Shown here: in pieces, positions 43,441-56,481 of the stretch
How the letters are laid out: each line of letters begins with the position of its first letter
How positions within the stretch are numbered: position 1 is the first letter of the stretch
NCBI RefSeq assembly: GCF_006345805.1
Contig: NC_043012.1
Location: 30,628,001 to 30,692,000 of the forward strand
Direction: 5' to 3'
Source of the DNA: Octopus sinensis
Lineage: Eukaryota
DNA: 64,000 nucleotides
Position numbers and translations under genes: made by a program
The notes under the pieces: model-generated
Seen by the model: the letters and a program-made list of their open reading frames with translations, nothing else
The model's database searches: none
What the model was told of the DNA's origin: nothing

Positions 43441-43606
43441 TACGACAGGCTTCTTTCAGTTTCCGTCTACCAAATCCACTCACAAGGCATTGGTCGGCCC
43501 GGGGCTATAGTAGAGAAGACACTGCCCAAGATGCCACGCAGTGGGACTGAACCCGCAACCATGTGGTTGGTTAGCAAGCTACTTACCACACAGCCACTCC
43601 TGCGCC
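43191..43606 (-). mobile_element. SINE family A, full length
   Basis: Complete head-to-tail copy ending in a (tactcttt)-type tail, with an internal (CA)n(TA)n tract. Confidence 0.92.
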
Positions 43607-43654
43607 TATATATATATATATATATATAGATATATATATACATATATATATATA

Positions 43655-43860
43655 TATAGTTAATCCAAATATGAACAAGCAAGAAAAAACAACAACGCGA
43701 GGGCGTGGTACAAGTACTGTGTTATTGGATGCTCAGGAAAGGAAAGAAAGAAAGAGGATTTCACGTTTCGAGCGGAGCTCTTCATCAGAAATATAAAAAA
43801 AAATCCAAAGAAGGGAAGACGGAGAAAGAAAATCGCCAGCGAGACACACGCGGTCCTGGT
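43655..43860 (-). mobile_element. Penelope-like remnant (same family as 12560-12762) with a hammerhead motif
   Basis: Minus strand AUUU / CUGAUGA / A / GAGC UCC GCUC / GAAAC GUG / AAAU at 43758-43792. Confidence 0.65.
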
Positions 43861-43879
43861 ACTTCGTCAATTGAGGCGA

Positions 43880-44097
43880 CTAGTGTCCCAGACACGTGTA
43901 CCCTTAACATAGATCTCAAAGAGACTCAGCATGACACAGAATGGGACAAGTTTGGACTTCTGAAATACAAGCACGACTCATTTTTGCCAGCTGAGTGAAC
44001 TGGAGCAACATGATATAAAGTGTTTTGCTCAAGGACAGACGTGCTGTCAAGAATCGAACTCACGATTTAACGAATACCTTCAGTACTAAGCCTTCAC
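43880..44097 (-). mobile_element. SINE family C, 5' portion
   Basis: Shares tcatttttgccagctga and tgacacagaatg with 32270-32510, and has a B-box-like gagttcgattc on the minus strand. Confidence 0.75.
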
Positions 44098-44197
44098 ACA
44101 TACACACACACATATACTAAGGTATGTGTAGATGTATACAGAATTATAAATACATATATATATCTACATACATATACACATCTATCTGTCTACCTAC

Positions 44198-44242
<45 letters not shown>

Positions 44243-44243
44243 A

Positions 44244-44304
<61 letters not shown>

Positions 44305-44618
44305 CAAGGAGAGAGAAAGATATAGAGACAGAGAGACAGAGAGAGAAAAGAGAAAGGGAGAGATTGAGAGGGAGATATGGACGGCTTTGAGAAAAATGAG
44401 GCATACCCTGGTTCTACATCTCTCACCACTACCCTTCCTACTCCCACACAAACCCCTTTCTCTAAATCTTTCTCGACTCTTCCCCCCTCCATTTATTCCT
44501 TCTCCCCACCTTCATCCCAACTCATCTGTACTTTTCTCTCTTCGCACTAATGTTTATTCCATTTTTACCTGGTATTTATATTTTTAAAGGATGTTCCACA
44601 TCTGCTTCTCTTTAGCGG

Positions 44619-44700
<82 letters not shown>

Positions 44701-44857
44701 ACACACACACACAAATGTACGCACGCATATATACTTACATACACATATATATACATATGCATGTTCATATGCGTATCTATGTATATTTAATAAATTCATG
44801 CGTGCGTTTATGTGTGTAAAAATATATACCTATGTATCTACTGTATAATAACTATAT

Positions 44858-44888
<31 letters not shown>

Positions 44889-44916
44889 CCTATCTATGTC
44901 GTGTGTGTTGTGTGTG

Positions 44917-44955
<39 letters not shown>

Positions 44956-45349
44956 TTATATATAATATATATATATGTACATACATATATATTTGCATAC
45001 ATATATACATACGTGAATATATATATATACCTACATATATGTATATACGTACTTATGCATGCCTACAGACGCACACACAAACATACATACGTACGTATAT
45101 ATACATATATATATAGATATGTGTACATTAATAAGTACATATAAGTACACACACACACACTCGCGCGCACGCATACCATTTTCCCCACACATGAAAACCG
45201 CTAGCTTTTAACTTCCCTGCTGTTCGGAGTCATTTGCCTCTGGACAGGGACAATAAGATCTCTAGATTTCCTTCTCATCCGAACAACTCTGAGTTGCGGC
45301 AAAAGGAAACCCAGCTGTTTGAAAACTCAATCATATACAAAATACATCG

Positions 45350-45498
45350 TTATGTTCCGAGTTCAAATTCCGCCCAGGTCGACTTTACCCCTTTTGGGGT
45401 TGATAAATTAAGTACCAGTTGAGTACTGGGGTCGATATAATCAACTGTCTCCCTCCCCCAAATTTCAGGCTTTGTACCTATAATAAAAGGGATTATTA
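45350..45498 (+). mobile_element. SINE family B
   Basis: gagttcaaattccgcccaggtcgacttt...gataaattaagtaccagttgagtactggggtcgat. Confidence 0.85.
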
Positions 45499-45510
45499 GG
45501 GTGGTCACTT

Positions 45511-45800
45511 CGTCCATGTGGCTGTGTGGTAAGAAGTTTGCTTCCCAGCCAGATATTTCCCGGTTCGCTCCCACTGCAAGGCACCTTAGACAAGTGTCTT
45601 CTAACATCGCCTCGGGTTGGCCAAAAACCTGTTTCGATTTGTTAGACGGAAACTGAAAAAAGCCCCTCGTATATAAACACATTTGTGTGTGTTTGTGCCT
45701 TTGGGTCTTTATGTGTCCTCCAATCACTGCTTGACAACCGATGCTGGTGTGTTTGCGTCCCCGTAGTAGAGCGGTTCGGCAAAAGTCACCGAAGGAAAAG
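45511..45800 (+). mobile_element. SINE family A, 3'-truncated
   Basis: gtggctgtgtggtaagaagtttgcttccc...ggcaccttagacaagtgtcttc...gacggaaactgaaaaaagccc. Confidence 0.85.
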
Positions 45801-45839
45801 TGCCATACTTAAGAAAACGTGTAAAAGCTGCAAGAAAGA

Positions 45840-45876
<37 letters not shown>

Positions 45877-46107
45877 ATCTTTATAAGATGTCATGCAGCT
45901 AACCAACATCAACGATACCATAAACGAAATGTCTTTTTCGCGCCGTATTTATGAAGAGTCATAGAATGGTTTGCATATGAACCATCCTCCCCCATACAAA
46001 TGACAATTCGAAGATTCTATGGAACCACTCCCTCTTACCCCACCAGACAGCCTACAATGAATCTGAAATTATTTCTGTGACAAGAAAAATATTCTGATTT
46101 AGGACTT

Positions 46108-46164
46108 AATAATAACAACAACAACAACAACAACAACAACAGCAGCAGCAGCAACAACAACAAC

Positions 46165-46195
<31 letters not shown>

Positions 46196-46210
46196 AAACA
46201 ACAACAACAA
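46108..46210. repeat. (AAC)n microsatellite with CAG interruption
   Basis: Read directly. Confidence 0.95.
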
Positions 46211-46649
46211 TACTTGTACACTAATAGATGTAAGTGTTCTCACTGATAAAAATATATCTGTAAAGGAATTTGACAAATAACAAATATAAGGACCTGGAAA
46301 TTGAAATACAAAAGATGTGGCATCTTAAAGCGAGCGAGAAATGTTCCTGTTATTGTGGGTGCCCTAGGTATGATGAAAAAAGGGATATGAGAAACATCTA
46401 GATAAGATCCCAAGGGAACACTATCTCAGAGAAATCCAAAAGATGTGTTGACAAGTACTGCCTACATCCTCAGAAATGACCCTATCCATTAAATGTTTTA
46501 CATGAAGATGTTTCGCAACTGTCCCTGCCGCTTCCCCCGCCCCAAGCTTTCAGTTATACTGTAACGTCTCTTATCCTTCACTCGCCCTAGGACGATGGGT
46601 GTGTCTCGGCGAGTGATTGTAACAAACATGCAGATTAATAATAATAATA

Positions 46650-46697
<48 letters not shown>

Positions 46698-46732
46698 GTA
46701 GTAGTAGTAATAACAATAATAATGATAATAAC

Positions 46733-46801
<69 letters not shown>
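46211..46801 (+). mobile_element. 5'-truncated RLE-type (R4/Dong-like) non-LTR retrotransposon with (TAA)n tail
   Basis: Frameshifted TCTLIDVSVLTDKNISVKEFDK / KYKDLEIEIQKMWHLK / VPVIVGALGMMKKG / EIQK..LTSTAYILR matches the restriction-like endonuclease C-terminus. It is followed by a 3' UTR and (AAT)n at 46634-46801. Confidence 0.85.
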
Positions 46802-46802
<1 letters not shown>

Positions 46803-47244
46803 CACATAAGATCGGCAATTGTCAGGGAAAGGGGTTAGTCGATAACATCAGCCTCAGTACTTGATAGCTACTTTACTTTATCAGCCCCGATAGATTGAAA
46901 GGTAAAAATGACATCGGCGGCATTTGAACTCGTAATGTTAAAATATGAATCCCATAAATCTATAATGCTGTGTCGAGTTTGACTGAAAATTCCAAGGATT
47001 TGCATTTAAGACAACATAGCAATAATGGAATGTATTCCTTATCCAAGTGTTAATTCATACAGCGGGACTAATGCACAACTTAATCTCTGAAGACAGTGTT
47101 GAATTACCTCGAAAGATGGCCATCGGTACGTTCAAGAAATGAATGATGATATATGTGTGTGTGTGTATTTGTGTCTTCTCTAAATTTACTCTGATTTCTT
47201 TGTGATGAATTAATTTGAAAACCGTATTGCATGCCACCAATTCA

Positions 47245-47245
47245 T

Positions 47246-47280
<35 letters not shown>

Positions 47281-47385
47281 GATAACCACTACTATTGCTG
47301 CTGCTGCTGCTACTACTACTACTAATACTACTACTACCACCACCACCACCAGATAACCACCACTATCTGCTGCTGCTGCTGCTGT

Positions 47386-47433
<48 letters not shown>

Positions 47434-47669
47434 CAGATAACCACCACTATTGCCGCTGCTGATGCTACAACTACTACTACTACTACCACCACCACCACCA
47501 CCACATCATCATCACCACCATTACTGCTACTGCTACTACTACAACTACTACAACTACTAGTACTGCTACTACTGCTGCTGCAGAGGACTTTGATGATGAT
47601 GACGACGACAACGTTGACGATGACGATGATTACAATGATGATGTCGCGACAACGACGACGACTATGACA

Positions 47670-47700
<31 letters not shown>
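47245..47700. repeat. Compound trinucleotide array (CTA/CCA/CTG/GAT) with a higher-order unit
   Basis: The linker agataaccac recurs three times between the triplet blocks. Confidence 0.9.
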
Positions 47701-47702
<2 letters not shown>

Positions 47703-49332
47703 GTGGTGATGTTAATAACATATGTGAGAAGGAAATAATAGACTTATTGGATTCGACCCCCACCCATTCCCGATACATGACTGATACTTGTAAAATAGAA
47801 GGACGACCCTTGCCATTCTGAGACATTCCCTTGGTTCGATGATCTACCGTTGTAATTCGAAGAATATAAAAGACGAAAATGGAGAAACGAAGAACATGTT
47901 GAAGTTCAAAAATTCCTTCATAGAACTGGAGGAATGGTAAATGAGATGCTATGGTGTTCATTCTTTCCCTAAAACATAAGTATAGCCAAGAGATATTCAG
48001 CATTGGCATCGCCACAGAAATATTTTAAATTATTTGTGGCTCAAAGAAAGAATTTGAGGCTGGAACTTATCAGGATTTTAAAGGTGCTTAAGATGAGAGT
48101 ACAAGACTATTCCACCCTGAACAGGGCACTTCACTATCGCAGGGTCAACCTCTTCAGATATTACTGATACCTAGTTCTAGCTGTTACAACATGAAATAAA
48201 GATGTCTCATTAAAGGGGATAATTCGAGATCGAACTCATAATTTAACGGTCGTGAACCCCACGTCATTATCCTTGGGTCACATGTGTCCAGCAAAGAGGA
48301 GGCGCTTGTTTATTAGATTTTATTCTTTGTGTGATTCCCTCAGGTGAGGAAGTGCAGCCGCCATTTTTTTAACTTTTTCAAGACTCAGCTACATTTTGAG
48401 GGAAGGGGCAAAAGTTTACCTCGGATCGATGATCTTCTTCGAAACGTTGCATGTAAGTAGACTTTGATAAAGTCACCTAAGGCAGGTGTTAAACCGAGCA
48501 ATCGATAGATTATCAATCAATTCAATCAATAGATATCCTAAACATACTAGTTTGACAGGAGGCTTGACATATCGTCTGCTTCTATAATCACCTTTTCCTT
48601 ATTATTTCAAAGACCCAAGTAGATTCCCAAATTAGAAGACATTGTATAATTAAACTAAATTACAATTCAAATAATCGATTAACCCACTTCCCTCAAAATT
48701 TCTGACGTTCTACGAAGACGAGAAAGAATCATTATTATTACTACTACTAACATAAGTTATTGGTCTTCTTATTGACTTTACTAAGTTGCCGATGACTTGG
48801 TTTTTGGCTACATTTCCACATATTTTTAGCTAAAACGTATTTTAATTATCTGATGCAATGCTACACTTTAACTGGAGTTTAGCCCTCGAGGAATTGTTGA
48901 AATAGTCAGAGAGAAAAGAAAAGAAAAGAAAAAAAAAGCAACAGAGGAACCCTACTTTTTTGTCTGTTTTGTCAAAATCAGAAGGAAAATATTAAAACAC
49001 CATTGAAAGCTAAAAATAAACGTCCGAAGGAGAAGAAACTCCACCAAATACAAAATAAATATATAAAAACGAATAAAATAAATATATAAAAACAAACGGT
49101 TAGCAAAAACGGTTAAGCATAATTAAAATTTATAAAAACAATTTTAAAATAGAATAATGTTAGATACATTTTGGAGGATATAAAATAAAAGTAAAACGAT
49201 ACAAAAGAAGTTATTAATTTACTAATCAACTAATTAACTAACTGAATACATATATATATATGTAGCTATAAAAAGATTTCGAATATAGGAGGTCGTTTAA
49301 AGCAACGAAATCATTAAAATGTGATAACTCAC

Positions 49333-49470
49333 CCTGACTTGAGTCATTTTTAAAAGAAAGATTTGTTGCCAGTGGAAAAACGAAGTTGTTAGTGTTGGTA
49401 AGACGCAGAGGTCTGTGCTTTGATGTCAAGATAGGTAAACTTTTCTCAACTAAGCTACAACTTTTGATCG
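49333..49470 (-). CDS. Candidate symmetric phase 1-1 exon, 46 codons, unidentified
   Basis: taaccag|CG ATC ... CAG G|gtgagt has a consensus donor and encodes IKSCSLVEKSLPILTSKHRPLRLTNTNNFVFPLATNLSFKNDSSQ. Confidence 0.2.
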
Positions 49471-50211
49471 CTGGTTAATATATTGAATTACCAGAGAAAA
49501 AGACCTGCCTACTTCGCTAATGAGAACAATTGAAACGGGTAACTGACATTGTTATCTTGAGAAATACAGATAAACACGTACAGAAATACATACATGCACA
49601 CATCATACATACATACATACATAGGCGGGCGTATGATTCTATATATAAATATACGGTCGTACACACACAGAGATATGCATATACACATCCGAAAGAGGAT
49701 TAGGTGCAGGAGGTGTACAAGAAGAAAGATAAATACATACACCTATGAGCATGCATGCATAAAAAACACAAAAGACAAATATATATAGAAGAAAAAGGAA
49801 GGCAGGTTGACGGAGAGGTAGAAGTAAGAGAGAGAGAGAGAGAGAGAGAGAAAGGATGTGAGACAGAGAGAGAGACAAATACGTAGAGAGAGAGAGAGAG
49901 GGGGCGGGAGAGCGACAAACAATTGATGACAACGGAATGAGGTAGTGAGAAATACAGGTGTTTCTTTAAATGGTAGAGATGGGTGGAAGTCATTATTTTA
50001 GCAACAAACTGAATAAACATACAGCTTAAATATTTGTTTATGTATGAATACACACAGACATGCATGCATACGGAATTCCTACCTGCATTCATACAAACAT
50101 ACAAATTTACATATATATGCACACTGTATGCATAATATGTGCATATACATACATATACAATATTCACACACATATATATATATATATATGAATATATGAT
50201 ATATTATATAG

Positions 50212-50242
<31 letters not shown>

Positions 50243-50450
50243 ATATGTATATATATATATATATATATAATATATGTATATATATTATAATATATATATA
50301 TATATATAATATATACATATATTCATATATAATATATGTGAATATATTCATATATAAGATATATATATATACATACATATATTCATATATATAATGTGTG
50401 TGTGAATATATATATATATATATATATAATATATATATTATACATATATT

Positions 50451-50497
<47 letters not shown>

Positions 50498-50500
50498 GAA

Positions 50501-50554
<54 letters not shown>

Positions 50555-50632
50555 TATATATATATATATATATATGAATATATGTATATATATGTATATA
50601 TACACACATCTAAGTATCTCTCTCCCCCTCTC

Positions 50633-50663
<31 letters not shown>

Positions 50664-50996
50664 CATATGCATACACTCGAACATATAATTCCTCCTGCTG
50701 TGTGCTATGTTAGTATTACCTATATTAATACATGCTTCATCTCGTCTAGGAAGCGCATTGTAAAAAAAAATTGGTAAAGAAAATTGGTAAATTGCTTCTG
50801 CTTTCAGCATGTTACTAAAAAAAAAAAGAAAACACAGAAAGAATGTGAGTCTTTGAGAATGTGAATCTGAGGAAAAATACAGAGATGCAAACGTGCACGT
50901 ATACATGCACACTGTTCCCTACCCCCCTACATACTTTCATATATTTCATGTATGTAAGTATGTACATACTCACATATATGTATATGTATGTATACA

Positions 50997-51038
<42 letters not shown>

Positions 51039-52263
51039 TATATATATCTATATATTATATATATATATATTATATATATATATAGCTGTGAGAAATAGCG
51101 CGTGCGCACCGTTCCACTATATATACCGGGGTTGTAAGTAGGATTGTAGTTAGAGCGAGAAAGTCACGGATGATTTAGGAAGGAGAATCGAGGTTTGTTT
51201 CGTACAACTCAGTGGAAAGAATAAAATATCACCCGAGACATGGCATTTAACAGGAAGAAAGCACAGGAAGAAATAATTCGCAAAGTTATCGAAATTGGAA
51301 TGATTCCACTACACAATTGCCTCGTCATGTTTACCGTTTATCGTACTAAGTTACATGCATACACACACTCACACACGCGAAGCATGCTATTATGGGGTGA
51401 GGGTCAATACAACCCAGACATTTTCTGATACATGTGTTTTGTGCAGCACGTCTTAAGGAGTAATAATATAAGAATGGAAATCGTAATGCCTCCAATACGC
51501 AGCTGACAAAAGGAATGTCTCATTATGATTTAAAAACTGTTATCAAACCCCCACACACATATACGCACGTACATACATACACACACAAACACATAAATAC
51601 TGTGTAACACTGATCGATTGTAGTCAGGTGATCATGGAGTAAACGTTGACGAAATGTTATTGGTTGCAGAAGAAGACAAGCGGCAATATTTGGAGAAAAG
51701 GAATATAAAGAAGGGAAAGTGAAGAAAATAAAAGAATCAGAGGAAGAGAAGAAAAAAAAAAGTAAAAAAAGAAATGCACAAGTTGAAAATAATGAAAGTG
51801 AAGAAGAAAAAGCAGAAAAGAAAGAAGAATAAGAAATGGGGTGGGGAGTTTATGAAAAAAAACACGAGAAAAAAGAAAAGAAAAAGAAACCAGTTATGTT
51901 GAAACTGTCTTAGCATTTCAGCAGATTTCTATAAAATGATATTTACGAACTCGATAAATATTTGTGGCGGAATACAAATGATCTCCGTGACCTGCGGATG
52001 GCGATTTAATTCTGTTTAACGGAACAAAGGAGAAAATAATTTAGCCTTGGCATTTAATTCGTGCTGCTGTTTGGGATATTGCTAAAGATAGCATTTTGAT
52101 GAAGCTGTCTTGCTGTTCAAGAAAGATGTTTTATTCAAGAAGTATTTGGGAAAAATGCAGAGTTGATATTACAGCGGCTGTGGAATTTCACAAAGCTTAT
52201 ATTTTGTGTTCGAACTTAGTGGTTATGCATTGTGGTAACAAACACAAACACGTACTGACATGC

Positions 52264-52352
<89 letters not shown>

Positions 52353-52651
52353 TAGATTCATACGTATATGGCATGCATATTTTTAGAACATATGTCTATG
52401 AAGAAATGGTAGAAAAAAAAAGGAGAAAGATTTCTAAAATTCAGAAATGATACAATAAAAAAATAAGTTTAATGGCGGAAATAATGACAATAAAAACAAA
52501 CACCGAAAACGGAATCTTTACAGGAATCTCGCTGGGATAATTCTTTTGCTTTAACAGATGGTGGTGGTTGATCATCAGTGGGTGGGTGTGTAGATGCATA
52601 CGCATCCATTTAATATGTGTATGTGTGTGTGTATATCTATATATCACTCAC

Positions 52652-52739
<88 letters not shown>

Positions 52740-52747
52740 TGTATATA

Positions 52748-52794
<47 letters not shown>

Positions 52795-53082
52795 ATGTAT
52801 GTATGTATGTATTTTGAGAGGGATAGAGGGGGATGGAAACATATGTGCATGTCTATGCAACCACTGACAATCGCTGTCAGCACCGCAAGAGGTCAGGCGT
52901 GTAGAGCACATACCTATGGAAATGTGTCATCAATGCACACACATACGCTCCACTTACACATACATATATAACCATCGTCACTAACGCTATATGGAGGTAA
53001 ATGTCAGTGTGTCTTTGTACATGTGTATGCATATGCGTATATATTTGTATGCATTTATATACGTAAATGTATGTGTGAATGC

Positions 53083-53146
<64 letters not shown>

Positions 53147-53169
53147 ATATAGTATATATATATATATAT

Positions 53170-53201
<32 letters not shown>

Positions 53202-53233
53202 ACACTGTCAGGTCACTTTCGAGTGCTACTACT

Positions 53234-53289
53234 GGTCATGTAACCCAGTACAACCTGCTGCATGGTCGGGTCGTCGGCGACTAAACCGG
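53234..53289 (+). ncRNA. HDV-like ribozyme candidate
   Basis: P1 GGUCAU/AUGGUC, P2 CCAGU/ACCGG, P3 ACA/UGC, L3 ACCUGC, P1.1 CC/GG, P4 UCG/CGA and J4/2 CUAA occur in the correct order. Confidence 0.55.
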
Positions 53290-53670
53290 CAACCCCACCA
53301 AGATTGTTTGGTGAGGAGGGTGTTTAATGGACACCCTGCGGGATGAAAAACAAAACCCGTCAAAGGGCGGAGGAACTCTTGAGCGTCAACGGCCATCCAA
53401 TAAATGTCTTAAGGCTGTATCATGCGCGGGGACATAGAAATAATCGGACTGAATACCCGATCGCGCGGTTAAACCATTGGGAGTGAAGGACTCCCAGCCT
53501 TTGTTAGGGCATCCTTCTAGGAGAAGGTAACTCAAGGTAACTGGGATAACTCCGACATAAAACCTGCGGCTCAGTGGTTACCGGTGATGTTGACTTGTTC
53601 TTCTTTTCGGATTATGGCTCCTGTTGCTTAGTGAGTGGGATTGACTCAGTGCACAGCCTTTCCTCACTTA
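53234..53670 (+). mobile_element. RTE-clade-like LINE 5' region (5' UTR, no intact ORF)
   Basis: GC-richer island containing ggcggaggaactcttgag and gggcatccttctaggagaaggtaactc, motifs I recognise from RTE 5' UTRs. It begins with an HDV-like fold. Confidence 0.6.
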
Positions 53671-53898
53671 AAAAAAATCTTTTGCACAGGCATTGTACGA
53701 TAACAGCATTGATTAAGCTTCGTGCAATGGCCATACTCGATAATGAGGGGGCAGCCACCATATGCACACCTACATACACACACGTGTGTGTGTGTGAATA
53801 TAAGTAATGCTACCTATCGAATGGTGATGGCCGAAATCTAGCTTCAGTAACAAGGTAAAACTCTTCGACAATGGAACTAATGAAAACTCTTAGATATA

Positions 53899-54345
53899 CG
53901 AGAGTGAGTCAAAAAGTAATGCCATTTTGTTTAGGACAGGTGTAATTACCAACACAGGAACATGTATCATACATCAAAATGAAGCAGGTCCTCTGTGGAT
54001 CACATCCCCACTTCTCAGCATAGTCACAGTCGCTCTCAATAGCAATGTTCTACCTTCGAATCAGAGCATGTATCCCTGCCCCGTAAAATTCTGTTGACTG
54101 TTCTTTGAGCCACTTCTTCAGTACGGTTTTCACTTCCTCGTCACTGGAATAATTTAGCGCCTTCAGACTATCATCTCTTCGGCCCTATGAAAGAGGGTTT
54201 GAGAGTCAAACATTATTCCAGTGACGAGGAAGTGAAAACTGTAGTGAAGAACTGGCTCAAAGAATAGTCAACAGAATTTTACAGGGCGGGAATACATGCT
54301 CTCATTCAAAGGTGGAACACTGCTATTGAGAGAAACAGTGACTAG
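53899..54345. mobile_element. Mariner-derived fold-back element (inverted duplication of the transposase 3' end)
   Basis: TA|cgagagtgagtcaaaaagtaatgcc TIR. The plus strand encodes LAPSDYHLFGPMKEGLRVKHYSSDEEVKTVVKNWLKE*STEFYRAGIHALIQRW. Arms at 54021-54153 and 54212-54344. Confidence 0.9.
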
Positions 54346-54364
54346 ACTGGTACTAGACTGCATT

Positions 54365-54406
<42 letters not shown>

Positions 54407-54437
54407 GGTAGTTGTCTAATCCTTATGCAGATTCTGG

Positions 54438-54650
54438 CTATATCCTGTACCTACACCTTATACCCATCATGGCATCTGATGTGGCTTTTAAAACCAGACA
54501 ATGTATTGGAAAGATACCCAAATAAATTGGACCACCAACAGCTGCAGTTAAGTTCTGATCTTTGTAGATCTTAATATTTCTTTTGAGGCCTCCGTTAGGT
54601 TTGCAGACCTTATGGCATACACGGCATTGAAAAGTGTGCACAGATATATC
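54438..54650 (-). pseudogene. Degenerate tandem C2H2 zinc-finger fragment (ZNF pseudogene or LINE C-terminus)
   Basis: HTFQCRVCHKVCKPNGGLKRNIKIY (both His lost), followed after a frameshift by GFKSHIRCH. Confidence 0.5.
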
Positions 54651-54879
54651 CTCAGAATAGATTAAAGTTACTGATTAATATGGAAAGCGAAGGAGAATCA
54701 AAGACAAAGCAGAAAAGTAGCAAGGTAAAGGTATTGGCTCTTGTACTTAACTAGTACCGTATTTTATCGACTCCGAAAGGATGAGAGACAAGTCTATTCT
54801 TGAGAGGAGTTAAACTCCAACTTCCGAAAGATTGCCGACATATTTTTGCCTGTAGTTATATTGGTTTCATATTTTAGCA

Positions 54880-55088
54880 CAAAACCAGCAGTTTTGAGGC
54901 GGGTGGGTGGGTGAAGTGAGCTGATTACATCGACCCTAGTGCTCAACTGGTATTTATTTTATCGACCCCTCCAAAGGGTGAAAAGCAAAGTCGATTTCAG
55001 TGGAATTTGAACTGAGAACGTAAAGTCGGAAAAAAATACCGTAAAGCATTTTGTAACGACGCAATAGCGATTGTGTCAAATCGCTGCC
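54880..55088 (-). mobile_element. SINE family B
   Basis: catcgaccctagtgctcaactggtatttattttatcgacccc...gcaaagtcgatttcagtggaatttgaactgagaacgtaaag. A further fragment lies at 54745-54815. Confidence 0.85.
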
Positions 55089-56388
55089 TTAATGCCTCAG
55101 AAATATTAACCCCGCTATAATATAGTAATTATATATAATATTAATTAACCATGCAACAGTAGAGGCATGTCTCGATGCAGTTGTTCAACTTGTTAGAGAT
55201 AACATCTGCATTTGTATTTAAAATACGCCCAACTCTCTTTAAAAGCATATCACATATTATCTAATGTAATATTAACAAGATTGCTTCAGTGAGAGACTCA
55301 ATTTTTATTCTTTATCAAAGACATTCCTAATACGCATAGATCTGGGGGAAATACAGCATCGTCAAATTATAACTCGTCTATTTCACCACACGACCACCCA
55401 ATTCTGTGGCTTATTTCCCTTCTCCGTGAGGAAGTGATGGCTTGGGATTTAGTAAATGTCCCCATTACATTAGACCAGAACTTCGCAACAATGATGTGAT
55501 ACAACATTATAACCTATCACTGAACACCGAACAGTTTATACCACTCAACCTATGGCACAATGCCAAACATATCTCAAGATATCACACACTCAGAAATACA
55601 AGGCGCTCCAGCACACATCGTGGAATACACGTAGAACAGAGTTGGCTATACACCGTCTACACATGTATGCTTAGGTTTGGGAAAGGTTTTATAGGTTTAT
55701 ATGGGAAAGGTTTTATAAGAGACAGATATAGAGACAGAGAAAGACAAAGAGAGAGATAGAGAGAGCCAGAGCGAGAAAGAAAGAAAAAGAAAGAGAGAAA
55801 GAATGAAAGAGAGCGAGAAAGAATGAAAGAGAGAGAAAAAAACGAAATGATAGGATTTTCGGTTTTGTTATAAGCTCTTACATTATGGAAAAGGGCTGTA
55901 GGTTTATTTACATCCAGCATCTACCTTTCATTTCAGGTCAGATGCTGGTTGTTGTAGCATTTCGTCTCAGGGTGTCTAATAGTCATAGTCAAACACTGCA
56001 AGAAATCTGATCCAATATTCTACAGATTCTGCCGTTAAGATTATTAGACCCATTGTTTTCTTCACAAACAAGATAGATTTATTGTCACCTCAAAGCAGCA
56101 ACAACAATTACAAAGACGATAAAACCACCACCACCAGAACGACAACAACTCTTTGACTCTATGTTTATAGAGTTTGGAGTGAGGAATCAATCGCACAGGC
56201 CGTCTCCACCTGGAGGTGCCCGCGAAGCAGCTTCTATGCTATATCACCTGTAGACTTTCAGAAAATATTGTAGGAATGTAAAATAACAACCCACCCATGG
56301 TTCAAGCCTCTAGTTCGCTTGTTTATGTCCACACACACACACACACAATATATATATATATATGTAATATAATATATATAATATATAT

Positions 56389-56466
<78 letters not shown>

Positions 56467-56481
56467 GTATATATATATATA

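Noticed and set aside
47662-48015. 117-aa minus-strand ORF with a good internal acceptor
   Set aside because: No convincing donor, it runs into a (GAT)n tract, and no domain is recognisable.
51240-51428. 62-aa ORF with good start context and an upstream TATA-like motif
   Set aside because: TATA-like strings are ubiquitous here, and the ORF is short and unrecognisable.
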